Shown here one piece after another: positions 18,975-27,829 of a stretch of DNA of 64,000 nucleotides. The stretch comes from a virus: positions 32,001 through 96,000 of the IMG/VR virus record IMGVR_UViG_3300034105_003151; one strand, written 5' to 3'. The notes beneath the pieces were generated by a model that ran no database searches, was not told the origin of the DNA, and saw only the letters and a list, made by a program, of their open reading frames with translations. Each line of letters opens with the position of its first letter. The first letter of the stretch is position 1. The position numbers were made by a program, and so were the translations under genes.

Positions 18975-20014
18975 TAATTACATACTTTAGAAGTTCTTCC
19001 TATAACACCCATTCTAGCTGCGAACATCAGTACTTTATGGAGTATGTACTAGGGTGGCGAGGTAAAAGTGGGCTCAAAGCTGATAAAGGCACAATTGTTC
19101 ATAAAGTTTTAGAGATATTAGCCTTTATAAAATATAACAAGCAAAATAAAGAACAATATTTTACTGATGATATTGTTGGCACAATAGATATTAAAAAATA
19201 TGATCTAGATAAAATCATTAATATCGTATATGATTATTATAGTTTAGGCAATCCACATCATAAATGGACAGACAAGGATCGCCGTGACTGTAAAGACTGG
19301 ACTTACAAGACTATAGATTTCAACAATGGAATGTTCGATCCTAGAAATAGGGAAATAGTTTGTCCAGAACAAAAGTTTGATTTTGAGATCAAAAAACCCT
19401 GGGCTAAATATACTTTTGATACTCCCGAAGGTAAAATAACTGGACACTTAGCTCTCAAAGGGACCGTTGATCTTATAACTAAAGTTGATGATGGTTTTTA
19501 TGAGATTATAGATTGGAAAACGGGACGTAGAAAAAACTGGACAACTGGAGAGGAAAAAACCCAGGAAGTTCTTCAAAATGATCCACAGTTAAAAATCTAC
19601 CACTATGCTGTCCAACATTTGTATCCAGATGTTGAGAATATTATGGTTACCATTAACTATATCAATGATGGTGGTCCTTTTAGTATTTGTTTTGATAAGA
19701 ATGATTTATTAAAAACAGAATCTATGATAAGAGATAAATTTGAGAAGATTAAACACACAACAGTTCCCCGACTACATAAATCTTGGATGTGTAATAGGTT
19801 GTGTCATTTTGGAAAAAACACATTTGACACGGAAGGAATCGACGGTATAATTGAGTACCGCAGGGGACAAACAACACCGCTACACCAACCAATGACCATG
19901 TGTGAACAAATTAAGCATGATGTTGAGGTCAAAGGTATAGATGAAGTTGTTAAAGAATATACAAAGCCAAACTTTAGTGTGGGACATTATAAAGCCCCAG
20001 GAAGCATAGAATGA
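18971..20014 (+). CDS. Cas4/AddB-like PD-(D/E)xK exonuclease
   Basis: SSYNTHSSC, GTIVHKVLE, GTVDL, DWKTG, QLKIY, C-terminal CxxxC...C. Confidence 0.85.
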   Translation: MIITYFRSSSYNTHSSCEHQYFMEYVLGWRGKSGLKADKGTIVHKVLEILAFIKYNKQNKEQYFTDDIVGTIDIKKYDLDKIINIVYDYYSLGNPHHKWTDKDRRDCKDWTYKTIDFNNGMFDPRNREIVCPEQKFDFEIKKPWAKYTFDTPEGKITGHLALKGTVDLITKVDDGFYEIIDWKTGRRKNWTTGEEKTQEVLQNDPQLKIYHYAVQHLYPDVENIMVTINYINDGGPFSICFDKNDLLKTESMIRDKFEKIKHTTVPRLHKSWMCNRLCHFGKNTFDTEGIDGIIEYRRGQTTPLHQPMTMCEQIKHDVEVKGIDEVVKEYTKPNFSVGHYKAPGSIE

Positions 20015-20196
20015 CGAAAAAGGAATTAAAAAGAAAACTCAATGTCATAATAGATCAGTTAGATTCTGTTTCGACTGATCTAGCACGAACTAATTGTGAT
20101 GATAAATTTGCTAATGAAGAACGAATTAGAGACTGGTTCAATGGAATTTATGCGGCTACCACCGGATTAGTTAGAATAGTTAAGGATGAAATATGA
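20011..20196 (+). CDS. hypothetical protein
   Basis: ATGA-coupled 61-aa ORF. Confidence 0.55.
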   Translation: MTKKELKRKLNVIIDQLDSVSTDLARTNCDDKFANEERIRDWFNGIYAATTGLVRIVKDEI

Positions 20197-20597
20197 GCAA
20201 GCCGTGGATTCATGCTAAAAATAGTGCCCGAAAATTTGGAGGGGTTCCCGAAGATTATATGGCTATTCATAATCTAATGGATAGTAGCAAAGGAGCTATT
20301 GCAGATAATAGACATAGAACATTGACTCATAATAGCTGGTTTATTAGTGCCGATGGACCACTTGAAAAGATTTTTGGTGCGGTTATAAAGAACTCTGATA
20401 ATAAAGAAGTTTCTGTTAGAGATATCGGAGAACAGCATATCCTTGAAGATTTCGGTATGAAATTTATTCCCACGGCCCAAGACTATCTTCAAGAGATGGA
20501 AATCAAGAACTGGATGAATAATGGTAAGGAGGGTGTTCCTTCTTCTTTTACAAAGATTGAGAAAACTAAAACTCGTAAGGTTATTAACTTAGACTAA
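20193..20597 (+). CDS. DUF6915-like protein
   Basis: HAKNSARKFGG...IHNLMDSSK...HRTLTH...GEQHILED. Confidence 0.75.
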   Translation: MSKPWIHAKNSARKFGGVPEDYMAIHNLMDSSKGAIADNRHRTLTHNSWFISADGPLEKIFGAVIKNSDNKEVSVRDIGEQHILEDFGMKFIPTAQDYLQEMEIKNWMNNGKEGVPSSFTKIEKTKTRKVINLD

Positions 20598-20607
20598 AGG
20601 AAATACT

Positions 20608-21048
20608 ATGAAAACTGAAACAAAACTAAAGTTAGAAGAACTCCACCTTGCTATTAGTGAGGCAAAGAAAAAGATGTTGAAAGAGTCAAACGCTATTTTC
20701 AATACTGTTGCAAAAGAACTTTTTGAAACACATGAGCAACTAGAAGAGTTTTCTTGGACACAATATACTCCATATTGGAGTGATGGAGAGACTTGTTATT
20801 TTAATGTTAATGATGCCATGATTAACGGAGAAGAGGGGATAAGTGATTGGGAGGTTAAAGACGCCAGAAAAAATAAAGAAAGTCAAGAGAAAATTGCGGT
20901 TTTAGAAAATCTTGTAGAGATTACTTCCGATGTTCAAGAACTACTCGACTCTATAGGGGAAGAATGTCTTGAGGAAATGTTTGGAGATCACGCACAAATT
21001 ACAGTAACAAAAGATTCTGTTGTTGTTGATAGTTTTGATCATGACTGA
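20608..21048 (+). CDS. conserved phage hypothetical protein
   Basis: WTQYTPYWSDGETC...FGDH...DHD. Confidence 0.7.
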   Translation: MKTETKLKLEELHLAISEAKKKMLKESNAIFNTVAKELFETHEQLEEFSWTQYTPYWSDGETCYFNVNDAMINGEEGISDWEVKDARKNKESQEKIAVLENLVEITSDVQELLDSIGEECLEEMFGDHAQITVTKDSVVVDSFDHD

Positions 21049-21145
21049 AAAGATTTTCATATGTTACTAGGACGTAAAAAGGAGAAAAAATGACTAAGAG
21101 AGAGATTTTCAATCAAGAGAATATGCTACCGAAGAACATAAAATT

Positions 21146-21550
21146 ATGAAGAATCAATTCTTTAAATTTTTGGAAGACGCCACACAACTAGATGGAATAG
21201 AAGCCCTGAATCTTGCAAAACAGAGGGAAAAAGATTTCAAAGACTCTATTAGCAAAGTTTGTGAACAAGAAGGCTATAAGGTCTTACTATCTGAAATAAA
21301 AGCACAGAATAAAATTATTGACAAACTCAAAGCTCGCGTGGTCGAACTGGAAAAGCAGTTGAATACTCTTCTAGAGTCTCAATTGTGGGGGGTAAATTGC
21401 AAGCCGTCCGGGACCGACTGGTTAACGAAGGAGGATCGGGAAAAGCTTCTGCATCTCTCCTACAGTCTAGATTACGTTCAATATGCGACATCAGCAGACT
21501 TCATTCGATCCCTTCTCGCCCGTTTGACGCCTCCAGAGGTTAGAGAATAA
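21146..21550 (+). CDS. hypothetical protein (3' half GC-rich)
   Basis: coiled-coil ORF with a compositional shift near 21330. Confidence 0.55.
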   Translation: MKNQFFKFLEDATQLDGIEALNLAKQREKDFKDSISKVCEQEGYKVLLSEIKAQNKIIDKLKARVVELEKQLNTLLESQLWGVNCKPSGTDWLTKEDREKLLHLSYSLDYVQYATSADFIRSLLARLTPPEVRE

Positions 21551-21735
21551 TGGACAAAGGAAACACCACAGGTAAAACAGTGGGTGATGCGATTGTTTTT
21601 GGGGTTTTGCTAATAGACGCTCTACAGAAAGCATTAATAACACTAATGATTATTAGTATCGTCTTATTTCCACTAGGAATATGGAAAGCTATCGAAATAA
21701 TTCTTTGGATTTGGGAGAGATATAATGGCAATTAA
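21550..21735 (+). CDS. small membrane protein
   Basis: hydrophobic 61-aa ORF; TAATG coupling. Confidence 0.55.
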   Translation: MDKGNTTGKTVGDAIVFGVLLIDALQKALITLMIISIVLFPLGIWKAIEIILWIWERYNGN

Positions 21736-22057
21736 AAAAGGCTGTGTTGCTAGATGTAAAGCGGGGATGTTAGGATTAGTAACTAGCGATTCGCCCCAAA
21801 TGACTCGTTATGGTAAAATGGCATGGATAGGAGTTCAGCTATCGCCAGACAAAGCTGGTGGTGAATGGTGTTCTCAAGATCCAGAACTTATTAGTGAGTC
21901 TGTAGAAGACCTTATTTTCTCTCGTCAAGCCACCACTTTCTTTACTAAGGAAAAGATTATAGTCGAGGATCTTTCTAACGAGGATAAGAAATCTATACTT
22001 TTGAATGGATGGATTATTGACAGTATGAAAGACAAGTTCTCAGGAGAAACAAAATGA
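21725..22057 (+). CDS. hypothetical protein
   Basis: GGAGA RBS; overlapping ORF. Confidence 0.6.
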   Translation: MAIKKGCVARCKAGMLGLVTSDSPQMTRYGKMAWIGVQLSPDKAGGEWCSQDPELISESVEDLIFSRQATTFFTKEKIIVEDLSNEDKKSILLNGWIIDSMKDKFSGETK

Positions 22058-22260
22058 TAGGACAGGTTTTACAAATTATCGGAATTTTAGCTATAGGACT
22101 TGGATTAGCAGCTTCAATCCTTGGAGCGATATGGAGAATGGAGACTATAATTAGACTTGAAGAACAATCAAAACAAACTGATACAAACATAAAGTTATTG
22201 TCTCAAAGTCAAATAAATATAGAGGAAAGACTTATTAAGTTGGAGGGGAAACAATCATGA
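22054..22260 (+). CDS. small TM + coiled-coil protein
   Basis: N-terminal TM; ATGA overlaps. Confidence 0.55.
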   Translation: MIGQVLQIIGILAIGLGLAASILGAIWRMETIIRLEEQSKQTDTNIKLLSQSQINIEERLIKLEGKQS

Positions 22261-22601
22261 TTCCAGAAGAGTGGGTAAAATCTCATAAGACAGAATTTGA
22301 ATTATTCGGCGTTCAATTAGAAGAGTGGAGTAGAGACGAATTACTAGCCGCTATTGGATGGTTAAATAATAATCTCGAATGGGAGAGAGAAAATCATGAC
22401 AAATGTATGAATCGTATACTACGGTTGGTCGAATTGAACGTGCAACTTCATCAACTTATCAAAGAGGGCAAGGATGAAGAGGATGAAGGAGAAAAGATTC
22501 GTGATGAATTAGACCAATATTGGTATAGTTTTTCAGAGATTGATCAAGAGTGGTTGAGGAAGTTTTCAGCTAGCCTATACAAACTATGGGAGAGTAAATG
22601 A
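22257..22601 (+). CDS. hypothetical protein
   Basis: acidic helical ORF; GGAGG RBS. Confidence 0.55.
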   Translation: MIPEEWVKSHKTEFELFGVQLEEWSRDELLAAIGWLNNNLEWERENHDKCMNRILRLVELNVQLHQLIKEGKDEEDEGEKIRDELDQYWYSFSEIDQEWLRKFSASLYKLWESK

Positions 22602-22640
22602 ACGATCTATTAGAAGAAATTATTAATAAAGGACCATCTA

Positions 22641-22889
22641 ATGGGATATCCAATGACCTATCCGAGAGTAATTAACCGCAATCATTTAATTGGTGGATAT
22701 AGCGTTGAACCCAACACCTATCCTGCACAAAGATTAATAGCTGGTGATTTGCGACGATTTGAGCAAGACGCTAGAGATAATAGATACGGTCAACAGATTG
22801 CTGATGCCGCAGGAGTACCTCTTGAAGTAGCACAGCGAGTTTTAACAGCATTATTTACAGATTGTGGACATACACAGGAACCCAAATGA
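22641..22889 (+). CDS. hypothetical protein
   Basis: AAGGA RBS; stop overlaps the dnaE-N start. Confidence 0.55.
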   Translation: MGYPMTYPRVINRNHLIGGYSVEPNTYPAQRLIAGDLRRFEQDARDNRYGQQIADAAGVPLEVAQRVLTALFTDCGHTQEPK

Positions 22890-24754
22890 AAAACTATATT
22901 CCCCTTCACGCACATAGTCATGACTCATTACTCGACGGGCTGAGTCGCCCCGAGCAAATAGCCGCCCGTTGTAAAAAAATAGCAGCATCGGCCTGTGCTT
23001 TAACGGATCATGGAACTATCTCTGGTACTGTAAAGTTTCATAATGTGATGAAAAAGGCTGGAATCAAACCTATCTTGGGTTGTGAACTATATATCAGTGA
23101 TCAAGATTGTAAGATCAAAACTCCCGAGAATAGAAAACTAAGCCATCTAGTGGTTTTAGCTAAGAATAAAAAAGGATGGAAGAATCTTATTAAGATAGTA
23201 TCAGAAAGTAATAAATTAGAAAATCTCTATTATAAACCAAGACTAGATCTCAAAACTCTAGGAGAATTAGTAGACGGTAATCTAATAGCTTTTGCTGGAC
23301 ACTTAGGATCAACATTGTCTAATAAGATTATGCAGTTAGATGATTCTGATTGGAAAAATCAAGGGCTGTCTCATGTGGGGCTATTAACTGATATTTTTGG
23401 AAAAGAAAACTTCTTCCTAGAAGCACAGTTAATGGATAAGCAGTATAATCCAGATCAAGTGATCGTGACAGAAAAAGTGCGTGAACTTGCTAAATTAACA
23501 GGATTGAAAGTCATATGCACACCAGACGCCCACTATGCTGAAAAGAGCGATAGTGTTGATCAGAGGATTTTGTTATGTAATAATCTTAAGACTACTATAG
23601 CTGATGTTAATAAGAAAATCATTGAGAATGAGAGTTTTGGAATGGACTGTTTTTTCCGTTCTGATAACTATCATATTCTAGATAGTTTTGAAATGTCGGC
23701 CCTACATACAGAAGAAGAGATTGAGAATACCAATCTGATCAATAGTATGATAGAGCTTTATGATGTTAATTCAAAGCCCCTATTGCCATCATTTCCTTGT
23801 CCACCAGAATTCGACCAAGATGAATATTTAAGACATCTTTGTAGAGCAGGATGGAAAACTAAAATAGATTCGATCATCCCTAAAGAAGATCACGAACAAT
23901 ATGTTGACAGAATAAAGATGGAGTTGGGTGTTCTCCAGGGAGCCGGATTGTCTAGTTACTTTTTAATCCTGCAAGACGTACTAAACTACGTTCGACAAAA
24001 CAATTGGCTTCCGGGGCCAGGAAGAGGAAGTGCTGCGGGCTGTCTGGTGTCGTATCTGGTTAGCATCACGGCTATTGATCCAATCAAGTATGATCTAATG
24101 TTTGAAAGATTTTATAACTCTGGTCGTAATACGGTTGATCATATATCTCTACCAGATATTGACGTAGACATTCCTATTAGACAAAGAGGGAATATTATCA
24201 ACTATATTAAGGATAAATATGGTCATGATAAAGTATCTCAAATGATTACTTTTAATAAGATGAAGGGACGAGGAGCAATTAAAGACGTTCTAAGAGTATA
24301 TGGAAACGTCTCTTTTGCCGAAATGAATGAGATTACTAAGTTTATTCCTGATGAATCTAAAATCTCTGACGAACTACAACAAATGAAAGAAGATGGTGGT
24401 GAGGCATCTATTATTCGATGGGCACTAGAGAATAATTCTAAGGAACTATCTCCATGGTGTCAATTAGAAGAGGATGGAACTCTATCGGGTCCACTATCTA
24501 AGAGATTTGAGCAGGCAATTAGATTAGAGGGTACTAAAACAAACCAGAGTAAACACGCTGCTGGTCTAGCAATTAGCTCAACCCCACTTGCTGAAATCTG
24601 CCCGATGATTTATGATAGTAAGACAGGAAATCCTATTGCGGGTATGGAAATGGCAGATTTAGAAAGTCTTGGTATAGTTAAGATGGATATTCTTGGCGTG
24701 GCAATGTTAGATAAAATGATGGCTATTAGAGATATGTTAAAAATAGGAGCATAA
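22886..24754 (+). CDS. dnaE: DNA polymerase III alpha, N-terminal part (PHP + palm)
   Basis: LHAHSHDSLLDG, TDHG, GPGRGSAAG, FERFYN, PDIDVD, KHAAG, VKMDILG, then stop. Confidence 0.93.
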   Translation: MKNYIPLHAHSHDSLLDGLSRPEQIAARCKKIAASACALTDHGTISGTVKFHNVMKKAGIKPILGCELYISDQDCKIKTPENRKLSHLVVLAKNKKGWKNLIKIVSESNKLENLYYKPRLDLKTLGELVDGNLIAFAGHLGSTLSNKIMQLDDSDWKNQGLSHVGLLTDIFGKENFFLEAQLMDKQYNPDQVIVTEKVRELAKLTGLKVICTPDAHYAEKSDSVDQRILLCNNLKTTIADVNKKIIENESFGMDCFFRSDNYHILDSFEMSALHTEEEIENTNLINSMIELYDVNSKPLLPSFPCPPEFDQDEYLRHLCRAGWKTKIDSIIPKEDHEQYVDRIKMELGVLQGAGLSSYFLILQDVLNYVRQNNWLPGPGRGSAAGCLVSYLVSITAIDPIKYDLMFERFYNSGRNTVDHISLPDIDVDIPIRQRGNIINYIKDKYGHDKVSQMITFNKMKGRGAIKDVLRVYGNVSFAEMNEITKFIPDESKISDELQQMKEDGGEASIIRWALENNSKELSPWCQLEEDGTLSGPLSKRFEQAIRLEGTKTNQSKHAAGLAISSTPLAEICPMIYDSKTGNPIAGMEMADLESLGIVKMDILGVAMLDKMMAIRDMLKIGA

Positions 24755-24757
24755 ATT

Positions 24758-24934
24758 ATGACTAAGCAATTTTCAGAATTAGCTGTTGGCGATAAGTTCA
24801 AATGGGTAGATGGTGAAGTCTATACAAAGATAGAGCAAGAGCCGATTAATTGCTGCACATATAATAGTGCTGTGAATGATCAGGGTGGTAAGATTCAAGT
24901 TGAACCAATTAAGGATGTAGAGGTATTGGAATGA
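24758..24934 (+). CDS. small beta-rich hypothetical protein (58 aa, not in ORF track)
   Basis: MTKQFSELAVGDKFKWVDGEVYTKI...VEVLE; AGGAG RBS; ATGA overlap with the exonuclease. Confidence 0.65.
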   Translation: MTKQFSELAVGDKFKWVDGEVYTKIEQEPINCCTYNSAVNDQGGKIQVEPIKDVEVLE

Positions 24935-25632
24935 TATCTTATAATAAGATTGCTGTATTTGATTTTGAAACAGACGGAAGTAATCCCAAAGTATGTAGCC
25001 CCGTCCAACTAGCTTGTGTAATGATAGATCCTATTAAGAACGAGATTCTAGAAGGATCTGAGTTTAATATAGAGATGAAACCTGACAAACTAGAACAAGA
25101 TTCCTCTTACTCATATAAGAATGAGGCAGACGGTAATATTTTGGAGTGGCACTCTAAGGTTAGAGCTTGTTCAGAAGCGGATATTTTAGATAGATGGAAA
25201 AATGCAGCACCTCAAAAACAGGCTTGGCAGATGTTTATTCAATATCTAGACAAGTATCACTGTAGGGCAAGTAAGAAGACTAAGTTCTCATCTCCCATAG
25301 CGGCTGGATATAACATACAAAGATTTGACTTAAAGATCATAGAGCGATTAAGTTTGAAATATGATAATGCCTCTAAAGAGGGTGAAAGCGAAATATTTCA
25401 TCCAAGAGACAATCTAGATGTTATGTTTATGCTTTATCCTTGGTTTAGAAACTTAGATGATGTTAAAAGTCTATCTCTAGATAATGTTAGACAATATCTT
25501 GGCATACCAACCGAAGGGGGACACGATGCCTTGAAAGACGTTCGTGATACTGCTGATATATTAATTAGACTACTAAAACTACATAAGAGCTTATCTCAAA
25601 AAATTCTATTCAAGGATTCTTGCAAAAAATGA
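24931..25632 (+). CDS. DEDDh 3'-5' exonuclease (DnaQ-like)
   Basis: VFDFETDG, GYNIQRFD, HDALKD. Confidence 0.88.
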   Translation: MISYNKIAVFDFETDGSNPKVCSPVQLACVMIDPIKNEILEGSEFNIEMKPDKLEQDSSYSYKNEADGNILEWHSKVRACSEADILDRWKNAAPQKQAWQMFIQYLDKYHCRASKKTKFSSPIAAGYNIQRFDLKIIERLSLKYDNASKEGESEIFHPRDNLDVMFMLYPWFRNLDDVKSLSLDNVRQYLGIPTEGGHDALKDVRDTADILIRLLKLHKSLSQKILFKDSCKK

Positions 25633-27191
25633 CAATATTTGATGGCGATATTTCTAAGATAGATCTAGACGATGCTGCAACCTGGGATTTGATTGGCTCC
25701 GGTAATACTAAAGGATGCTTTCAATTAGAAAGTCGCCTCGGTAGAACTATGGCAAAAAAGTTAAAACCAGAAAATATAGAGCAGCTTTCTGCTTTAATTG
25801 CTGTTCTGCGACCGGGAAGTTTAAATGCTATACGAGATGGTAAAAGCGTTAGTAATCACTATATAGACAAGAAAAATGGCAATGAATCTGTAGACTTTTT
25901 CCATGAGTCTTTAATACCAATATTAAACACTACTTATGGTGAGATGATTTATCAGGAACAAGCCATCCGTATTGCTAAAGAAATAGCGGGATTCAATCCA
26001 GAAGAAGCAGATAATCTAAGAAAGGCTATTGGTAAGAAACAAGCCAATGTTATGGCGGCTCTTAAACAAAGCTTTCTGGATGGATGTAAAAGATTAGGAT
26101 ATGTGAATGATAATGAAGCAGAACAGATTTTTGGATGGATAGAAAAGAGTCAAAAATATTCATTCAATAAAAGTCATTCTGTATGCTATTGTTCTAGTTC
26201 TTACTTATCGGCATACGCCAAAGCTCATCATCCTATACAGTTCTTTACTGCTTATCTACAATTTGCTGAAGATAAGATGGACCCTCATGCAGAGATTAAG
26301 GAGTTGTATCAGAATGCCACAGAAATGGGAATATCTATAGAAAAACCTGATCTTAGATTACTAAATAGTACATTTATTCTCAAGAATAATAAGATTTATT
26401 TTGGTCTTACTAATATCAAAGGATTTGGTGATTCTGCATACGATAAGCTGGTTAATGAAGTAAACAACAATAAACTTGTAATAGACAATATGAAGTGGAT
26501 GAATTTATTACATCTATTATCCAAGCTAAACTCTACGTCTGCAAAAGCTATATTACAGTCTGGTGCTGCTGATTTTATAGGCTTGAGCAGAAATAAGATG
26601 ATGTTCGATTATGATATTTTCTGTGAGTTAACTAATAAAGAATCTAGTTTTGTTATTGGTCATATTGATATTGTTGGGTCAGATAAGAAATTAGAAGACC
26701 ATATATCTAATTTGATTAATAATGGTAAGATTGCAGCAAAAAGAAAAGATGTCATAAATAATCTACTTTCTAGTTTGTATCATCCTCCCTATTCTATGGA
26801 CGATCATATAGACTGGATTGTTGACACAGAACACACCTTATTAGGCTGTAATATTACTTGCTCCAAAGTAGATCGATATGATACCAGTATGATTAATTAC
26901 TCTTGTCAGGACTTCAAACAGGGTAATACTAGTTCTAATTTGCTATTGGTTGGCGAGATAGAAAATATGAATGTGACCAAGGTAAAAAACGGTCAAAGTA
27001 AAGGTAAGGAAATGGCATTTCTTACTATTACAGACGGGACAGCAGTTATAGATTCTGTTATCTGTTTTGCTGAAAAGTTTAAAGAATTCAGAAATCAGTT
27101 ATTCGTTGGTAATGTTCTAGTTTTCAGTGGAAATAAGTCTAAGGATAAAGATTCGTTTGTAGTTGATAAAATCTTTTTACCTAGAACTTGA
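25629..27191 (+). CDS. dnaE: DNA polymerase III alpha, C-terminal part (fingers, HhH, OB)
   Basis: GCFQLES, LRPG, IYQEQ, ADNLRKAIGKK, YSFNKSHS, GLTNIKG, MAFLTITD. Confidence 0.92.
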   Translation: MTIFDGDISKIDLDDAATWDLIGSGNTKGCFQLESRLGRTMAKKLKPENIEQLSALIAVLRPGSLNAIRDGKSVSNHYIDKKNGNESVDFFHESLIPILNTTYGEMIYQEQAIRIAKEIAGFNPEEADNLRKAIGKKQANVMAALKQSFLDGCKRLGYVNDNEAEQIFGWIEKSQKYSFNKSHSVCYCSSSYLSAYAKAHHPIQFFTAYLQFAEDKMDPHAEIKELYQNATEMGISIEKPDLRLLNSTFILKNNKIYFGLTNIKGFGDSAYDKLVNEVNNNKLVIDNMKWMNLLHLLSKLNSTSAKAILQSGAADFIGLSRNKMMFDYDIFCELTNKESSFVIGHIDIVGSDKKLEDHISNLINNGKIAAKRKDVINNLLSSLYHPPYSMDDHIDWIVDTEHTLLGCNITCSKVDRYDTSMINYSCQDFKQGNTSSNLLLVGEIENMNVTKVKNGQSKGKEMAFLTITDGTAVIDSVICFAEKFKEFRNQLFVGNVLVFSGNKSKDKDSFVVDKIFLPRT

Positions 27192-27215
27192 CAAAGTTTA
27201 GTTCGACGTTACTAT
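27188..27215 (+). promoter_or_regulatory. sigma70-like promoter upstream of ssb
   Basis: TTGACA (27188-93), 16-nt spacer, TACTAT (27210-15). Confidence 0.55.
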
Positions 27216-27254
27216 TGAGTGTTGGGTTTACTTTTACATGGAGAAAGTTTTATT

Positions 27255-27668
27255 ATGAAGAATGAGAATTTAGTTATTTTGGTTGGTAATCTAACAAGAG
27301 ATCCAGAACTACGCTATGTTGGTACTTCTGGTAAGTCTACTGCCGTAGTAAACTTTAGACTTGCTGTGTCTGACGAATACAAGACAGCTAATGGTGAGTT
27401 TAATAAGATTACTACATATGTAAACTGCGAAGCTTGGGATAGTGCAGCAGAGCGTATCAATAATGTTTTACATAAGGGTGATCCTGTCTTTATTAGAGGG
27501 TCATTACGAATGGACGAGTGGGAAAAGGATGGTAAGAAGCAAACGTCTCTTAAAATTAGAGTGAATTCATTTACTCCTATTCTAAGAACATCTTCACCAA
27601 GACCGGAACCTGTTGGAGCTAGTTCGTCAGTGGATTCAGAACCTTTGGATGATAACCATCCATTTTGA
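27255..27668 (+). CDS. ssb: single-stranded DNA-binding protein
   Basis: VILVGNLTRDPELRY, CEAWD, KGDPVFIRGSL, acidic tail ending PF; GGAGA RBS before ATG 27255. Confidence 0.95.
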   Translation: MKNENLVILVGNLTRDPELRYVGTSGKSTAVVNFRLAVSDEYKTANGEFNKITTYVNCEAWDSAAERINNVLHKGDPVFIRGSLRMDEWEKDGKKQTSLKIRVNSFTPILRTSSPRPEPVGASSSVDSEPLDDNHPF

Positions 27669-27677
27669 TTCTAAGGA

Positions 27678-27798
27678 AAATCGGAGGCGAAAGGTAATCG
27701 CTAGAGCAATGAGTAACTGATGCTAGGTGTGTCGTTGTCCAATAAAATCATTTATTAGGAAACATCAGTGTGCGGGGTTCGATTCCCCGCCCGATTTC
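27678..27798 (+). ncRNA. non-canonical tRNA-like RNA (no recognisable anticodon arm)
   Basis: acceptor-like AAATCGG/CCGATTT; D-arm GCGA-AAGGTAA-TCGC; T-arm GCGGGG-TTCGATT-CCCCGC; central ACTGATG/CATCAGT helix. Confidence 0.65.
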
Positions 27799-27829
27799 TT
27801 ATCTAACAGTATACAACAATAGAGATATT

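Noticed and set aside
24700-25700. Split intein or intron joining the dnaE halves
   Set aside because: No intein N-terminal block or His-Asn/Cys junction; the gap is fully occupied by coupled ORFs
27675-27800. tRNA-Sec, tRNA-Leu or tmRNA call
   Set aside because: The GGAAAATC start and 13-bp acceptor+T recall tRNA-Sec, but no anticodon stem-loop with TCA or a canonical TAA loop forms; too short for tmRNA and lacks G3-U70
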